A DNA stretch of 64,000 nt from Deltaproteobacteria bacterium (lineage in GTDB: Bacteria; Myxococcota_A; UBA9160; UBA6930): positions 3,393 through 67,392 of the forward strand of contig JANNRF010000294.1 in NCBI GenBank assembly GCA_031401135.1, read 5' to 3'. The position numbers and the translations under genes are program-made. Numbering within the stretch: the first letter of the stretch is position 1; every line of letters starts with the position of its first letter. Under the pieces are notes generated by a model, which was not told the origin of the DNA, searched no databases, and worked only from the letters and a program-made list of their open reading frames with translations. Of this stretch, positions 1 through 10,765 are shown in pieces.

Positions 1-739
1 TGGCGAACGGCGTCGTATCGCCGGGCGCGTTGAAGCCGGGGATACCGACGCGGTCGGGGAAGGCGCCCGCGGCGTAGCTCAGCGCCGCGATGACGCCGCT
101 GAGCGCGACGCCGGGCCAGAGCGAACTCGTCGCGAGGCGGAGCAAGCCCAACAACACGCCGAGCACGAGAGTGCGCGCGCCCTGGCTCGTAATCGGCGCC
201 AGCGGCGCAGCGTCGCCGAAGACTTGGATCAAGAGCAGGCTCGGCACCAGCACGATTTGCAGCGCCGCTACGAGCGCGATCGCGCGCCAGCGCCCGAGCG
301 CGGAGACGCAGCCCTGCAGCAGGACGCCGCGAAAGAAGAACTCCTCGAGCACCGGCAGCAAGAAGACGGCGAGCACGATCGTCTCGGGCGCGGCGAACTC
401 CGGCTTCCCGAGGCTCTCATTCTGCGCCGCAGCGAAGGCGAGGCGAATCCAGTTGTCGAGTTCGGAGACCACGAACGCGACTGGAACCAGCAGGGCGACC
501 GGCGCCAACGCTCGCACCGGAAACGACACCATGCCGAGCCGCAGCGCGACCGGCTCGGGAACCATGCGCGCCGCGAGGTAGCCGAGCCCACCGAGACCGA
601 GCGCGCTCCCGACCGCCATCGAAGCGACGCCGCCGCCAAACGAGGCGGGCAGCAGAAACGAGAGAAACGCGGCGGTGGCGGCCAGCGTGAACGCCGTCGA
701 CGGATTCGGAAACGGATTGCCCACGGGCCGCTCGTTCAT
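1..739 (-). CDS. CPBP family intramembrane glutamic endopeptidase (CAAX-protease-like); C-terminus lies beyond the window edge
   Basis: My own reverse-strand translation from ATG at 737-739 ([26 protein letters not shown]...) gives a multi-TM protein. It carries CPBP motif 1, LPVLEEFFFRGVLLQG, at about 313-360. ATGA overlap with the uvrA stop (736-738). Absent from the ORF track because it stays open to the window edge. Confidence 0.75.
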   Translation of the reverse strand, partial: MNERPVGNPFPNPSTAFTLAATAAFLSFLLPASFGGGVASMAVGSALGLGGLGYLAARMVPEPVALRLGMVSFPVRALAPVALLVPVAFVVSELDNWIRLAFAAAQNESLGKPEFAAPETIVLAVFLLPVLEEFFFRGVLLQGCVSALGRWRAIALVAALQIVLVPSLLLIQVFGDAAPLAPITSQGARTLVLGVLLGLLRLATSSLWPGVALSGVIAALSYAAGAFPDRVGIPGFNAPGDTTPFA

Positions 740-3558
740 CCCAATAACTCCGCGAGCGCGCGCCCGGTGTGGCTCTCGGCGCAGCGCGCGATCTCTTCGG
801 GCGTGCCCACCGCGACCACGCGCCCGCCCAGTTCGCCGCTGTCGGGCCCGAGGTCGATCACGTAATCGGCGACCTTGATCACGTCGAGATGATGCTCGAT
901 CACGAGCACGGTGTTGCCGCGTTCTACGAGGCGCTGCAAGACGTCGAGCAGGCGCTCGATGTCGGCGAAGTGCAGGCCCGTGGTGGGTTCGTCGAGCAGG
1001 TAGAGCGTCTTGGCGTCACCGCGGCGCGAGAGTTCGCGCGAGAGTTTCACGCGCTGCGCCTCGCCGCCCGAAAGCGTCGTCGCGGGCTGGCCGAGGTGGA
1101 GGTAGCCGAGCCCGACGTCGCGCATTGTTTCGAGCGGGCGGCGCACTTTCGGGACGTTCTCGAAGAACGCCGCCGCTTCCTCGATCGGCATCGCGAGCAC
1201 CTCGGCGATCGTCTTGCCCTTGTATCGAATCTCGAGCGTCTCGCGGTTGTAGCGGCGCGTTCCGCACACTTCGCACGGCACGAATAAGTCCGGCAGGAAG
1301 TGCATCTCGACGCGCAGCGAGCCGTCGCCCTGACAAGTCTCGCAGCGCCCGCCCTTCACGTTGAACGAGAACCTGCCCGGGCCGTAGCCGCGCGCGCGCG
1401 CTTCGGGCACCGCGGCAAAGAGCGCGCGGATGCCGTCGAAGACACCCGTGTAGGTGGCCGGGTTCGAGCGCGGCGTACGGCCGATCGGGGCCTGGTCGAC
1501 GTCGACGACGCGCTCGAGCGCCTCCGCGCCCGTAATGGCTGTGTGCGCGCCAGGCTCGGCCTCCGCGCGATGCAGGCGCTTCGCGAGCGCGCGGTGCAGC
1601 GTGTCGTTGACGAGCGTGGATTTGCCCGAGCCCGAGACGCCCGTGACGACGGTGAAGCGCCCGAGCGGGATCTCGGCGCGCACATCTCGCAGGTTGTGCG
1701 CGCTGCACCCGGAGAGCACGAGGCGCGCGGCGCTCGCGAGTTCGCGGCGCACCGGCACGCGGATGCTGCGGCGCCCGCTCAGGTAGGCGCCCGTGAGCGA
1801 GCGCTCGTCAGCCATTATGGAGGCGGGCGTGCCCTCGGCGACGATTCGGCCGCCGTGCACGCCCGCGCCGGGGCCCATGTCGATCAGCCAATCCGCGCGG
1901 CGCATCGTCTGCTCGTCGTGCTCGACCACCAGCACGCTGTTGCCGGCGTCGCGCAGCTTTTCGAGGCTCGCGAGCAGGCGCGCGTGGTCGCGCGGGTGCA
2001 GCCCGATCGAGGGCTCGTCGAGCACGTACATCACGCCCATCAGGTGCGCGCCCACTTGGGTGGCGAGCCGGATGCGCTGCGCCTCGCCGCCCGAGAGCGT
2101 GTTCGTGGGGCGCGCCAGCGAGAGGTAATCGAGGCCGACGTCGCACAGGAAGTTCAGCTGCTCGCGAATCTCCTCGAGGATGCGATCGGCGATCGCCCGC
2201 TGATTAGGGGAGAGCGCGAGCGCTGCGAGCCAGGCGCGCACCGCCGAGATCGGCAGCGCGGCGATCTCCGGCAGCGTGCGGCCCGCGACGCGAACGTTGC
2301 GCGCAACCAGGCCGACGCGCGCGCCGGCGCACTCGCTGCAAGGCGCGGCGCGCGAGTAGCGCGCGCGGTCTTCGTCCGAGAGCTCGCCCGCGGCGATGCG
2401 GCGCGCGAGCTCGCCTAACACGCCATCGAACTTGCGGCGCACGCTGCGCAGCCCGCGCTTGCCGTGGCGGAACTCGATCTCTTGCGCGCCCGCGCCGCGC
2501 AAGATCACCTCGCGCGCCACCTTCGGCAGCGCGCGCCACGGCGTTTCGAGCGAGACCCCCAGATGCGCCGCCACGCCTTCGAGCAGCTGCGCGTAATAAC
2601 GCGCCGCCCGCGCTCCGCCCCAGGGCGCGATCGCGCGCACGAGTTCGCGCTCGGGATCGGGCACGACCTTCTCCGGGTCGAGTTCGCTGGCGGTGCCGAG
2701 ACCCGCGCACGCACCGCACGCGCCCGACGCGCTGTTGAACGAGAAGTGCCTTGGCTCGAGCGCCGGGTACGAGACGCCGCAATCCGGGCAGGCGCTCGAT
2801 TGCGAGAAGAGCGCCTCCTCGCTGCCCGTCTTCGTCTCCCACGCGATCGTGCACACGCCGCCGCCGAGCGCGAGCGCGGTCGCGAGCGATTCCAGCACGC
2901 GCGCGCGCGCCGCTTCGCGCACCACGATGCGATCGACCACCGCCTCGATCGTGTGCACACGCGTCTTCGCCAGCTTGATCTCGCCCGCGAGATCGCGCAG
3001 TTCGCCGTCGATGCGCGCGCGCACAAAGCCCTTCTCCGCGAGTTCGGCGAGCTCCTTCTTATGTTCGCCTTTGCGCTCGCGCACGATCGGCGCGAGCAGC
3101 GTCGCGCGCGCCCCCACGCCGAGCGCGAGCACGCGCGCCGTCATCTGCTCCACGGTCTGGCTCGAGATCGGCTTCCCGCACTTGTGGCAGTGCGCGACGC
3201 CGACGCGCGCGAACAACAGCCGCAAGTGATCGAGCAATTCGGTGGCGGTGCCGACGGTCGAGCGCGGGCTGCGGCTGACGGTGGCCTGCTCGATCGCGAT
3301 CGACGGCGAGAGGCCCGTAATGGATTCGACTTCGGGCCGCGCCAGCTGATCGAGGAACTGCCGCGCATAGGCCGAGAGCGATTCGACGTAGCGGCGCTGG
3401 CCTTCGGCGTAGAGCGTGTCGAAGGCCAGCGAGGATTTGCCGCTTCCCGAAAGGCCAGTGATTACGACGAGCCGGTTGCGCGGGATGTCGACATCGATCT
3501 CGCGCAGGTTATGGACGCGCGCCCCGCGAACCGAGATGGCCGCCGGCTCGCCGCGCAC
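736..3558 (-). CDS. uvrA: Excinuclease ABC subunit A (UvrA)
   Basis: ORF 736..3870 trimmed to the in-frame GTG at 3558, just before the conserved N-terminus [62 protein letters not shown]. Two ABC Walker A sites ([18 protein letters not shown]), two LSGGE signature motifs and Cys-pair zinc modules. About 940 aa, typical for UvrA. Confidence 0.95.
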   Translation of the reverse strand: MRGEPAAISVRGARVHNLREIDVDIPRNRLVVITGLSGSGKSSLAFDTLYAEGQRRYVESLSAYARQFLDQLARPEVESITGLSPSIAIEQATVSRSPRSTVGTATELLDHLRLLFARVGVAHCHKCGKPISSQTVEQMTARVLALGVGARATLLAPIVRERKGEHKKELAELAEKGFVRARIDGELRDLAGEIKLAKTRVHTIEAVVDRIVVREAARARVLESLATALALGGGVCTIAWETKTGSEEALFSQSSACPDCGVSYPALEPRHFSFNSASGACGACAGLGTASELDPEKVVPDPERELVRAIAPWGGARAARYYAQLLEGVAAHLGVSLETPWRALPKVAREVILRGAGAQEIEFRHGKRGLRSVRRKFDGVLGELARRIAAGELSDEDRARYSRAAPCSECAGARVGLVARNVRVAGRTLPEIAALPISAVRAWLAALALSPNQRAIADRILEEIREQLNFLCDVGLDYLSLARPTNTLSGGEAQRIRLATQVGAHLMGVMYVLDEPSIGLHPRDHARLLASLEKLRDAGNSVLVVEHDEQTMRRADWLIDMGPGAGVHGGRIVAEGTPASIMADERSLTGAYLSGRRSIRVPVRRELASAARLVLSGCSAHNLRDVRAEIPLGRFTVVTGVSGSGKSTLVNDTLHRALAKRLHRAEAEPGAHTAITGAEALERVVDVDQAPIGRTPRSNPATYTGVFDGIRALFAAVPEARARGYGPGRFSFNVKGGRCETCQGDGSLRVEMHFLPDLFVPCEVCGTRRYNRETLEIRYKGKTIAEVLAMPIEEAAAFFENVPKVRRPLETMRDVGLGYLHLGQPATTLSGGEAQRVKLSRELSRRGDAKTLYLLDEPTTGLHFADIERLLDVLQRLVERGNTVLVIEHHLDVIKVADYVIDLGPDSGELGGRVVAVGTPEEIARCAESHTGRALAELLG

Positions 3559-3581
3559 GGGGGCGGACGAGGGCGCTCCGC

Positions 3582-4640
3582 TCAAGAGCCCGCGTTCTCG
3601 GGGGCCGACTTCTCGAGCTCCTCGAGGCTCGCGATCGTGTCCTTGCGCTCGACGTAAGTGTTCGCGCGAACTTCCTCGATGAACTTCGTGTACTCGCCCT
3701 GGAGCCGGTCGTTGTAGAGGCGGTTCATGATCGGGCGCTCGGCATCTTCGTAAGAGATCGCCTTCACCGTACGGCGCTCGACCAGTTGCACGAACACGCA
3801 GCCGAAGGGTTGCTCGCTGACCTCGCTGAGTTGGCCAGCGCCGAGCGGGCGCACTTCCGCTTCGAGCCACGGCGCGAGTTCGCTCTCATGCACCCAGCCG
3901 AGTTCCGGGTCCATCGTCGCGATGCCGTTTGCGACCTCGAGCAAATCCTCGCCCGCAGCCACGCGCACGCGCGCTCCGCGCACTTGCTCGCACGATGCGG
4001 CGAGCTCCGGCGGCGTCTTCGGCGTCACCACGAAGTGGCGCACGCGAAACTCTTCGCCGCTCTGCGGCCGGCTCGCCACCTCTTTGTCGTAGATCTCGCG
4101 CACTTCCTCGGGCGTGATCTCCACCCGCGCACCGATCACGCCATTAACAACCTTCGAGTGCTCGATCTCGCCCTTGATCCGCTCGCGATAGGAGGCGTAC
4201 GGCAAACCCTGCGCCTCGACGCTTTTGCGCAGCTGCTCGGGCGTGATGCCGTTGTCGCCGGCGATGTCGGCGATCGTGCCGTCGATCTCTTCGTCGGTCG
4301 CCTGCAACTCCGCGCGCTTCACGATCTGCTTGAGCAGCGCCTTCTCGATCAAGCGCTCGAGTGCCTGCGCCTCGATCATGCGCAAATCGCGCTCGCTCGC
4401 GCCGGCCGCCTTGGCGCGCGCGACCGTGGGCGCCGCGAGTTCGCGCACTTCCGAAACAAGCACGATGTCCGAGCCCACCTGCGCCGCGATGCCCTCGAGC
4501 AGGTTCGCGCTGTCGGCTACCTGCGCCTGCTGTTCCTCGATCAAGCCCGCGAGCGCGTCCTGCGCGGCTGCGGGACCCGCCGATGCCAACGCAACGGCGG
4601 CGAGGAGTGGGCGGAGGCAGAAGCGTCGGGGGGTGCGCAT
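3582..4640 (-). CDS. Periplasmic chaperone / peptidyl-prolyl isomerase, SurA-like
   Basis: ORF 3582..4811 trimmed to ATG 4638-4640. Signal peptide [28 protein letters not shown]. SurA-N-like helical region (VLVSEVRE...[12 protein letters not shown]) followed by a parvulin-like segment (FRVRHFVV...LGWVHESEL). Confidence 0.7.
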   Translation of the reverse strand: MRTPRRFCLRPLLAAVALASAGPAAAQDALAGLIEEQQAQVADSANLLEGIAAQVGSDIVLVSEVRELAAPTVARAKAAGASERDLRMIEAQALERLIEKALLKQIVKRAELQATDEEIDGTIADIAGDNGITPEQLRKSVEAQGLPYASYRERIKGEIEHSKVVNGVIGARVEITPEEVREIYDKEVASRPQSGEEFRVRHFVVTPKTPPELAASCEQVRGARVRVAAGEDLLEVANGIATMDPELGWVHESELAPWLEAEVRPLGAGQLSEVSEQPFGCVFVQLVERRTVKAISYEDAERPIMNRLYNDRLQGEYTKFIEEVRANTYVERKDTIASLEELEKSAPENAGS

Positions 4641-4690
4641 GGCCGGGCACCTTAGCGTCGGGGGTGCCGCATCGCCGAGGCCACAACTCG

Positions 4691-4787
4691 TTGCGCAACT
4701 CGAAATCGGGGACGCTCTTGCGTAACTCGTCAGCCGAGGCGAGAGAGTCGAGATACGCAAGAGCGTCCCCGAACTTGAGTTACGCAA
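4691..4787. repeat. Long imperfect palindrome element, copy A (38-nt arms, perfect 18-bp core inverted repeat)
   Basis: Arm 4691-4728 is TTGCGCAACTCGAAATCGGGGACGCTCTTGCGTAACTC. The reverse complement of arm 4750-4787 matches it at about 33/38. The perfect core is CGGGGACGCTCTTGCGTA (4707-4724) paired with 4754-4771. It starts at the ATL stop codon (4780-4782). Confidence 0.85.
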
Positions 4788-5220
4788 TGGGTTGGCGCGG
4801 CCGCCACCCAAAGCGCGCCAGGTCGATTCGGTCGCGCGCGTCGAAGGCGACGCCTTCGCGCTCGAGCAGCACGCGCTGAACGAGTTCGCTGCCCGGATTG
4901 GAGCGCGGGCTCACCTCACCGCGGGCGTTGACGACGCGCTGCCACGGGACGCGCGAGCCGCTTGGGAGCGCGTGCATCGCGTAGCCGGCTTGGCGTGCGG
5001 CGCGCGGCAGGCCAGCCAGTTCGGCCACCTGCCCGTACGTGGCGACGCGCCCGCGCGGAATGCGCGCGACCACGCGCCAGATGCGCTGATACGCGGACGC
5101 TGCGCGTCCGCTGGCTAGCGCGCTCCCTTCGCTCGGCTGCGCCTCGCTGCGCGCGGCGAAACGCCGCTTGCCCGGCGCGCGCGGCGGTTGCGGCTTCGCG
5201 CGTGGCCGCGCCGCGCTCAC
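4780..5220 (-). CDS. Alkyltransferase-like (ATL) protein: MGMT-family DNA-binding domain lacking the catalytic Cys
   Basis: Ogt/MGMT C-terminal domain YQRIWRVVARIPRGRVATYGQVAELAGLPRAARQAGYAMHAL. The PCHRV active site is replaced by PWQRVV. Start set at GTG 5218-5220 (GTGA overlap with the upstream stop); later in-frame starts would truncate the domain. Confidence 0.75.
   Translation of the reverse strand: MSAARPRAKPQPPRAPGKRRFAARSEAQPSEGSALASGRAASAYQRIWRVVARIPRGRVATYGQVAELAGLPRAARQAGYAMHALPSGSRVPWQRVVNARGEVSPRSNPGSELVQRVLLEREGVAFDARDRIDLARFGWRPRQPIA
5127..5172 (+). repeat. 46-bp GC-rich repeat, copy R1 (inside the predicted N-terminus of the ATL gene)
   Basis: CTTCGCTCGGCTGCGCCTCGCTGCGCGCGGCGAAACGCCGCTTGCC. 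41/46 identical to copy R2. Confidence 0.8.
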
Positions 5221-6755
5221 GCAGGCTTCGCCAGCATCGCGAAGAACTCGCCCAGCTTCGCGCGCCGCGCGGGCGGGAGATACGAGAAGTTCGAGCCGCG
5301 CGCGTTGATCTCCCAATAATGAGGCGAGACCTCATGCTCGAGTTCTTCGCGCGCGGTGAGCAGCAGGCCGCGACGCTCGCCCGCGAGATCGGCGGCGATG
5401 CGGCGCGCGGGGCCCTCCTCGCCGCGCTCGAGGAAGAACGTTGCGAGCTGGATCTGCGCGCGGCGCACGCCGAGCAGGTGCTCCGCGCCCTCGTGGTCGA
5501 TCGTGAGCAGCACTTCGAGCAGCGCGTCGCGCGCGGTCGCCTTTTCGGCGGCGGCCTCCACCAAGTTCGCGAGGTCGTAGGCCGCGGCCTCTAACAAGAA
5601 CGGCAGTTCGCTCGAACTCGCGAGCCGTCCGTAAAAGCGAATCCGGCTCGCCACTTCGAGCGCCGCGGGTTCGAGACCCTTCGCGAGCAAGTCTTCGCCG
5701 AGCAGGCGGTACTGGAAGAGCACGAAGTACGCGGTGCGCGGATCGCGCGCGTTGATGGCCGCGCGCAAGTAGCTGTGAAACGCGCGCTGGCACTGCTCGA
5801 CCAGCGGCGGATGCGCGAGCGCGTTCGCCTCCGCGAGCTGGCGCGTGTGGATCGCGATCATGCTGGCGACGTCGCGCGCCTCGCCGACGGCGTCGCCGAA
5901 CAATGCGAGGCCCTGGCGCAGGATCTTCGCCTCGAACCAGCTGCCCTCGCGTGCGATTTCCTGAATCGCGGGCGCGGCCATCGCTACGAAATCCGCGTCG
6001 TGCGCGACCGCGTCGTCCACGAGGAACCATGCGGGCGGGAGTTCGCCGCGCAGCTTGGTCACGTCGGCGAGCAGCGCGAACAGCGCCTCCACCGCCGCCA
6101 TCGCGATGCCACGGTCGCTGTGCTCCATCGCGCTGCGCGCGACGTCCTCGAGTTCTTCCACGGACTCGATCACAGCACGCTTGGCGGCGCGCACGTCTTT
6201 GGTCTTCGCACCGCGAACTTGCGCGAGCGCATCGGCGCGAATCCGGCGGATCACTTCGTGAGGCGATACGAAGTGGAAGACGTACCTGAAGTAGGGGAGC
6301 AGCATCAGCAGGCACGCGGTCATCATCGCCATCGTGAGCAGGAAGCCACCGCGCGGTAGCACCGGGGCCTGGCCCGCCTCGCCCGAGAGCACGACGCCGA
6401 GCCACACGCACAGCACGGTCGTGAGCACGAAGAACGACATCACCGCGACGTTCACGCGGTCGTGCACGAACAGCTGCATGATGCGGTGCGTGTATCGAGT
6501 CGAAGCGAGCTCTACGACGATCGCGACCACCGTAATCAGGATCGCGAGCACGCCGGCGACGACCTGCGCGGAGCCAGCCAGCAGCGCGAGCGCGCCGGCC
6601 GTATCGAGCGACGCGAGCCAGCGCAGCGGGTGCCGCCAAGCCCCGCTGCCTTCGAGCCAGCTGGCGAGTGCGAGCAGCGGCACGGCCAGCGCGAGCAGCA
6701 CGCCGAATGCTCGCAAGCCATTGCTGCGCTCGCGCTGATCCGTTTCGCTCGCCAC
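5217..6755 (-). CDS. DUF2254-like integral membrane protein
   Basis: 512-aa ORF. N-terminal TM helices with ELASTRYTHRIMQLF, then a long soluble helical C-terminal half. GTG start preceded by GAGGAG. The family call is from memory of DUF2254 architecture. Confidence 0.6.
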   Translation of the reverse strand: MASETDQRERSNGLRAFGVLLALAVPLLALASWLEGSGAWRHPLRWLASLDTAGALALLAGSAQVVAGVLAILITVVAIVVELASTRYTHRIMQLFVHDRVNVAVMSFFVLTTVLCVWLGVVLSGEAGQAPVLPRGGFLLTMAMMTACLLMLLPYFRYVFHFVSPHEVIRRIRADALAQVRGAKTKDVRAAKRAVIESVEELEDVARSAMEHSDRGIAMAAVEALFALLADVTKLRGELPPAWFLVDDAVAHDADFVAMAAPAIQEIAREGSWFEAKILRQGLALFGDAVGEARDVASMIAIHTRQLAEANALAHPPLVEQCQRAFHSYLRAAINARDPRTAYFVLFQYRLLGEDLLAKGLEPAALEVASRIRFYGRLASSSELPFLLEAAAYDLANLVEAAAEKATARDALLEVLLTIDHEGAEHLLGVRRAQIQLATFFLERGEEGPARRIAADLAGERRGLLLTAREELEHEVSPHYWEINARGSNFSYLPPARRAKLGEFFAMLAKPA

Positions 6756-6922
6756 TTCGCGTGCTCCTCAGCGTGCCCGGCCACAACAACTCGCACGGCG
6801 TCCGCAGCGGCCACCAACGAGACTGCCCTGCTGCTGTGGTGCGCGTCAACCGGGGAATCGCGACTGCTCGCCGATGCAGCGCGCCGCTTCGCGTGCAACG
6901 CTCCGCAACGGAGGCATGCGAG

Positions 6923-9900
6923 ATGTCGTTGGGCCTGCGCAGGCATGTTCCGGAGCTGGCCCTCGAGTGGATGGTCGATTCGCCGGAGCGCCGCTGGCAA
7001 GCGATCGACGGAACGCTCGTGTTCGCCGACATCTCGGGCTTCACCGCGCTCGCGGAACGGCTCGCGCAGCGCGGCCGCTCGGGCGGCGAGGAACTGGTCG
7101 AGACGCTCAGCCGCGTGTTCGGCTCGATGCTCGACATCGCCGCCGAGCGCGGCGGCATGCTGCTCAAGTTCGGCGGCGACGCGCTGCTCTTGTTCTTCCG
7201 CGGCGAGGGCCACGCCGTGCGCGCCTGCTCCGCCGCCGTCGAGATGCGGAGCTCTCTGCGCCGCGCCGCCGAGATCCCGACCTCGGTGGGCCCGCTGCGC
7301 CTCTCGATGTCGGTGGGCGTTCACTCGAGCGAGATCCTGTTCTTCCTGGTGGGCTCGTCGCACCGCGAACTCGTGGTGCTCGGGCCCGCGGTCTCGACCA
7401 CAGTCGATACCGAGAGCGCCGCCAACGCGGGCGAGATCGCGGTGAGCGCCGCCACGGCCGCCCTGCTCCCGCGCTCGGCGGTGAAGCCGCGGGCGGACGG
7501 CTGGCTGCTGTTGCGCTGGCGCACGGCGGCGAAGACGGACGCGAACCGCGATGCGGCCGGCGCCAGCGAGGCTTCCCGCGAGCGCGCCTTCGATCCGTCC
7601 GTCGCGAGGGGTCTGTTCCCGCGTGCGCTGGGCGCCGTGCTCGAGGCCGGCGCGCCCGAGCCCGAGCACCGCGTCGCGTGCATGGCCTTCATCCGCTTCT
7701 CGGGCACCGACGCGCTGCTCGCGAGCGCAGGCCCGGACGCGCTCGCGCAAGCGTTGCAAGAGACCGTCGCCGGCAGCCAGGACGTGCTCGTCTCCGAAGG
7801 CGTGACGCTGCTCGCGATCGACATCGACCGCGACGGCGGGAAGCTGTTCCTCGGCGCCGGCGTGCCGTTCGCCCACGAGGACGACGAGGGCGTGATGTTG
7901 CGCGCGTTGCGGCGCATCGCAGATGCGGGCCTGCCGCTCACCCTGCAAATGGGCGTCAACCGCGGCCACGTCTTCGCCGCCGAGTTGGGCACGCCGCGGC
8001 GCGCCGCCTACTCCGCGATGGGCGACACCACCAACACCGCCGCGCGCATCGCCGGCAAGGCGCCGCCGGGCACGATCTTCGCGCACCCCTCGGTGCTGGA
8101 TTACTCGCGCACGCTGTTCGACGTGAGGCCCGCAGGCCCGCTCGTGCTGAAGGGCAAGAAAGCTCCGCTCGCGGTCTACCAGCTCGGCGATGAGCTGGGG
8201 ACGCGCGCGCACGACGGCCTCGACGCTGTGCCGCTCGTGGGCCGCAGCGCGGAGCTGCGCGCCGTGCGCGAAGCGGTCGAACGGGTCCGCGCCGGCAGCG
8301 GCGGAATCCTCGGCCTCGCCGCTGGGCCCGGCCTCGGCAAGAGCCGGTTGTTACGGGAGGCGCTCGCCGCGGTCGATCCACGCGCCGTGCTCTCGCTGCG
8401 CGCGGAGCCCTACGGCGTGAACAGCCCGTACCGGATGTTCCGCGACACGCTGCGTGGCTTGCTCGGGATCGAGCGCGGGCCCGCGGCGACGATGCGCGCC
8501 GCACTCGAGCGTGCGGTGGCAGGCGCGGATGCGAGCCTTCTGCCGTTGCTGTCGTTATTAGGGGACGTCGCCCACATCGAGGTCGAGGCCTCCGCTGAAG
8601 TTCGCGAGATCGACGCGCGCTTTCGGCCCGAGCGCGTGGCCGACGTCGTTGTCCGGCTGCTCGGCGCGCTCCATCCGGGAACCACACTGTTCGCCGTGGA
8701 CGACGCACACTGGGCCGACCAGTCCTCCACGCATCTGCTCGGGCGGCTGGCCAGCGCGTGCAGCGAGCGGCCTTGGTTGATGCTGAGTGCGCGCCGCGAC
8801 GACGAAGGTGGCTACCGCGTGCCGGAGGGCCACGAGCTGCGCCTCGGCACGCTCGACGCCGCGAGCATGCGCGCGCTGGTCGACGCGGCGACGCAGGCGG
8901 CGCCGCTCCGGCCGCACGACGCCGAGCGCGTGGTTCAGCGCGCGAGCGGAAACCCGCTGTTCGCGCTGGAGACGATCCGCGTGGCGCGCGAACTCGGCTC
9001 GCTCGACGCGGTGCCGGAATCCCTCGAAGCGGCCATGGCCGCGCAGGTCGATGCGCTCGATCCCTCGGCGCGCCATGTGCTGCGCTACGCGTCGGTGTTA
9101 GGGCGCAGCTTCAACCGCGCGAGCCTGGCCGAGCTGTTGCACTCGGCGGAGCAAGCGCTCGACGAACCCACGCTCTCGCGTTTGGAAGCGTTTCTCGAAC
9201 CCGATGGCGACGAGCGGCTGCGCTTCCGTAATGGCCTCGTGCGAGACGCGGCGTATGAGGGGCTCGCCTACCGCCTGCGCGCGCGGCTGCACCGCGTGGC
9301 CGGCGAGGCGATCGAGCGGGCCGCGGAGGATCCGCTCGCCAGCGCCGATTCGCTTGCGCTCCACTTCTCGCGAGCGGGCGAGTTCGAGCGCAGCTGGCGC
9401 TACGGGCGCGCGGCCGCCGAGCGAGCGCGCCGCGCCTACGCGAACTCCGACGCGGTGCGCCTCTACGAACTCGCGCTCGATGGCGCGCGGCGCATCGCTT
9501 CGGTGCCGAACGCCGAGCTCGTGCGGGCCTGGATCGATCTGGGCGAAGTTCGCGAGCTGGCAGGCACGTTCGACGCCTCGCTCGATGCCTATCGAAGAGC
9601 CTCGCGCCTCGTCGGCGCGGATCCGGTGGCGCTCGCCGAGGTGTTGTTCGGCCAGGCGCGCGCGCGCGAACGCGCGGGGCAGTTCTCGGCGGCGCTGCGC
9701 GATCTCAGCCGCGGCCGGCGGGCGCTCGCGACGCACAGCTCGCCCGAAGCGGCGAAGGCGCGCGCGCGGCTGCTCTCGTTCGCCGCGATGGTGCGCTTTG
9801 GGCAGGACCACGCAGCGCAGGCGCTCGCGCTCGCTCGCGAGGCCGCGGCGGAGGCGCGCAGCGCGGGCGAACAGGCCGCCCTCGGGCGCTCGCTCGAGGT

Positions 9901-10765
9901 CTTGGACCTCGCGCAGCTCGCGACCGGCGAGCACACCAACGGCGAGCACCTGCGCGAGGCGCTGACGATCTTCGAGGCGCTCGGCGATCTCGCGATGCAG
10001 TCGACCGTGCGCCTGAACCTCGGCTTCGTCGCGGCGAACCTCGGGCGCTGGGATGAGGCCGTCGAGTGGCTCACCACGGGACGTGACGCTCACCTGCGCG
10101 CGGGCGACGCCGTGGGCGCCGCGATCTGCGCGCTGAACCTGGGCGAGATGCTCGTCAACCAAGGGCGCGTCGATGAGGCGGAGCTCGTGCTCGAGCAGGC
10201 GAAGCGCGTGATGCGCGCCAGCGAGTTCTTCGATGGCGCCGCCTCCGCGGAGCTGCACTTGGCGAGAGTGCTGATCGAGCGAGGCAAGCTGGAGGAGGCG
10301 GATGCCGCGCTCGAACGCGTGGGCGCGGAGTTCCGCAAGATGGGCAAGACCGCCACCGCGCTCGAAGCCGCGGTGGCCCGAGCACTTGGGCGCGTGCGAA
10401 GCGGAGACGCCGCGGGTGGCCTCGAGCTACTCGCGCGAGCAGCGGCGCTCACGGGCAAAGACGCGTACGTGCTGCGGCCGCGCGTGGCGCACGCGCGAGC
10501 GAGCGCGTTTGCCGCGCTCGGGCAACTCGACTCCGCAGAGCGAGAACTGCGCGGAGGACTCAAGGAGGCGACCGAGTTGGGTCTCCCCTACGAGCGGGCG
10601 TTGCTTCTGCTGCTCGCGGGAGCCGTGGCTGAACTCGATGGAAGAACTCAGGAACCCGCCGAGCTGTCGGAGGCGCAAAGCATCCTGCGACAGCTCGGCG
10701 TCGAACGAGTTCCCGAGAGCGTGCCCGCCTACCTGCGGCCGGCCGTCCAGTCTCCTTCGAGGTAG
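6923..10765 (+). CDS. Adenylate/guanylate cyclase (two class III cyclase-homology domains) fused to an AAA/STAND-type ATPase and TPR repeats
   Basis: ORF 6668..10765 trimmed to ATG 6923 (GGAGG 8 nt upstream). First cyclase domain: LVFADISGFTALAERL...LLKFGGDALLLFF. Second cyclase domain: MAFIRFSGTD...GDTTNTAARI. P-loop: GLAAGPGLGKSRLL. C-terminal third is TPR-like. Confidence 0.9.
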   Translation: MSLGLRRHVPELALEWMVDSPERRWQAIDGTLVFADISGFTALAERLAQRGRSGGEELVETLSRVFGSMLDIAAERGGMLLKFGGDALLLFFRGEGHAVRACSAAVEMRSSLRRAAEIPTSVGPLRLSMSVGVHSSEILFFLVGSSHRELVVLGPAVSTTVDTESAANAGEIAVSAATAALLPRSAVKPRADGWLLLRWRTAAKTDANRDAAGASEASRERAFDPSVARGLFPRALGAVLEAGAPEPEHRVACMAFIRFSGTDALLASAGPDALAQALQETVAGSQDVLVSEGVTLLAIDIDRDGGKLFLGAGVPFAHEDDEGVMLRALRRIADAGLPLTLQMGVNRGHVFAAELGTPRRAAYSAMGDTTNTAARIAGKAPPGTIFAHPSVLDYSRTLFDVRPAGPLVLKGKKAPLAVYQLGDELGTRAHDGLDAVPLVGRSAELRAVREAVERVRAGSGGILGLAAGPGLGKSRLLREALAAVDPRAVLSLRAEPYGVNSPYRMFRDTLRGLLGIERGPAATMRAALERAVAGADASLLPLLSLLGDVAHIEVEASAEVREIDARFRPERVADVVVRLLGALHPGTTLFAVDDAHWADQSSTHLLGRLASACSERPWLMLSARRDDEGGYRVPEGHELRLGTLDAASMRALVDAATQAAPLRPHDAERVVQRASGNPLFALETIRVARELGSLDAVPESLEAAMAAQVDALDPSARHVLRYASVLGRSFNRASLAELLHSAEQALDEPTLSRLEAFLEPDGDERLRFRNGLVRDAAYEGLAYRLRARLHRVAGEAIERAAEDPLASADSLALHFSRAGEFERSWRYGRAAAERARRAYANSDAVRLYELALDGARRIASVPNAELVRAWIDLGEVRELAGTFDASLDAYRRASRLVGADPVALAEVLFGQARARERAGQFSAALRDLSRGRRALATHSSPEAAKARARLLSFAAMVRFGQDHAAQALALAREAAAEARSAGEQAALGRSLEVLDLAQLATGEHTNGEHLREALTIFEALGDLAMQSTVRLNLGFVAANLGRWDEAVEWLTTGRDAHLRAGDAVGAAICALNLGEMLVNQGRVDEAELVLEQAKRVMRASEFFDGAASAELHLARVLIERGKLEEADAALERVGAEFRKMGKTATALEAAVARALGRVRSGDAAGGLELLARAAALTGKDAYVLRPRVAHARASAFAALGQLDSAERELRGGLKEATELGLPYERALLLLLAGAVAELDGRTQEPAELSEAQSILRQLGVERVPESVPAYLRPAVQSPSR

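Noticed and set aside
5332-7167. 611-aa ORF on the minus strand, Arg/Ala/Pro-rich.
   Set aside because: It is a high-GC shadow ORF. It overlaps the DUF2254 gene and the cyclase gene, both of which have recognisable domains. Its translation is low-complexity with no motifs.
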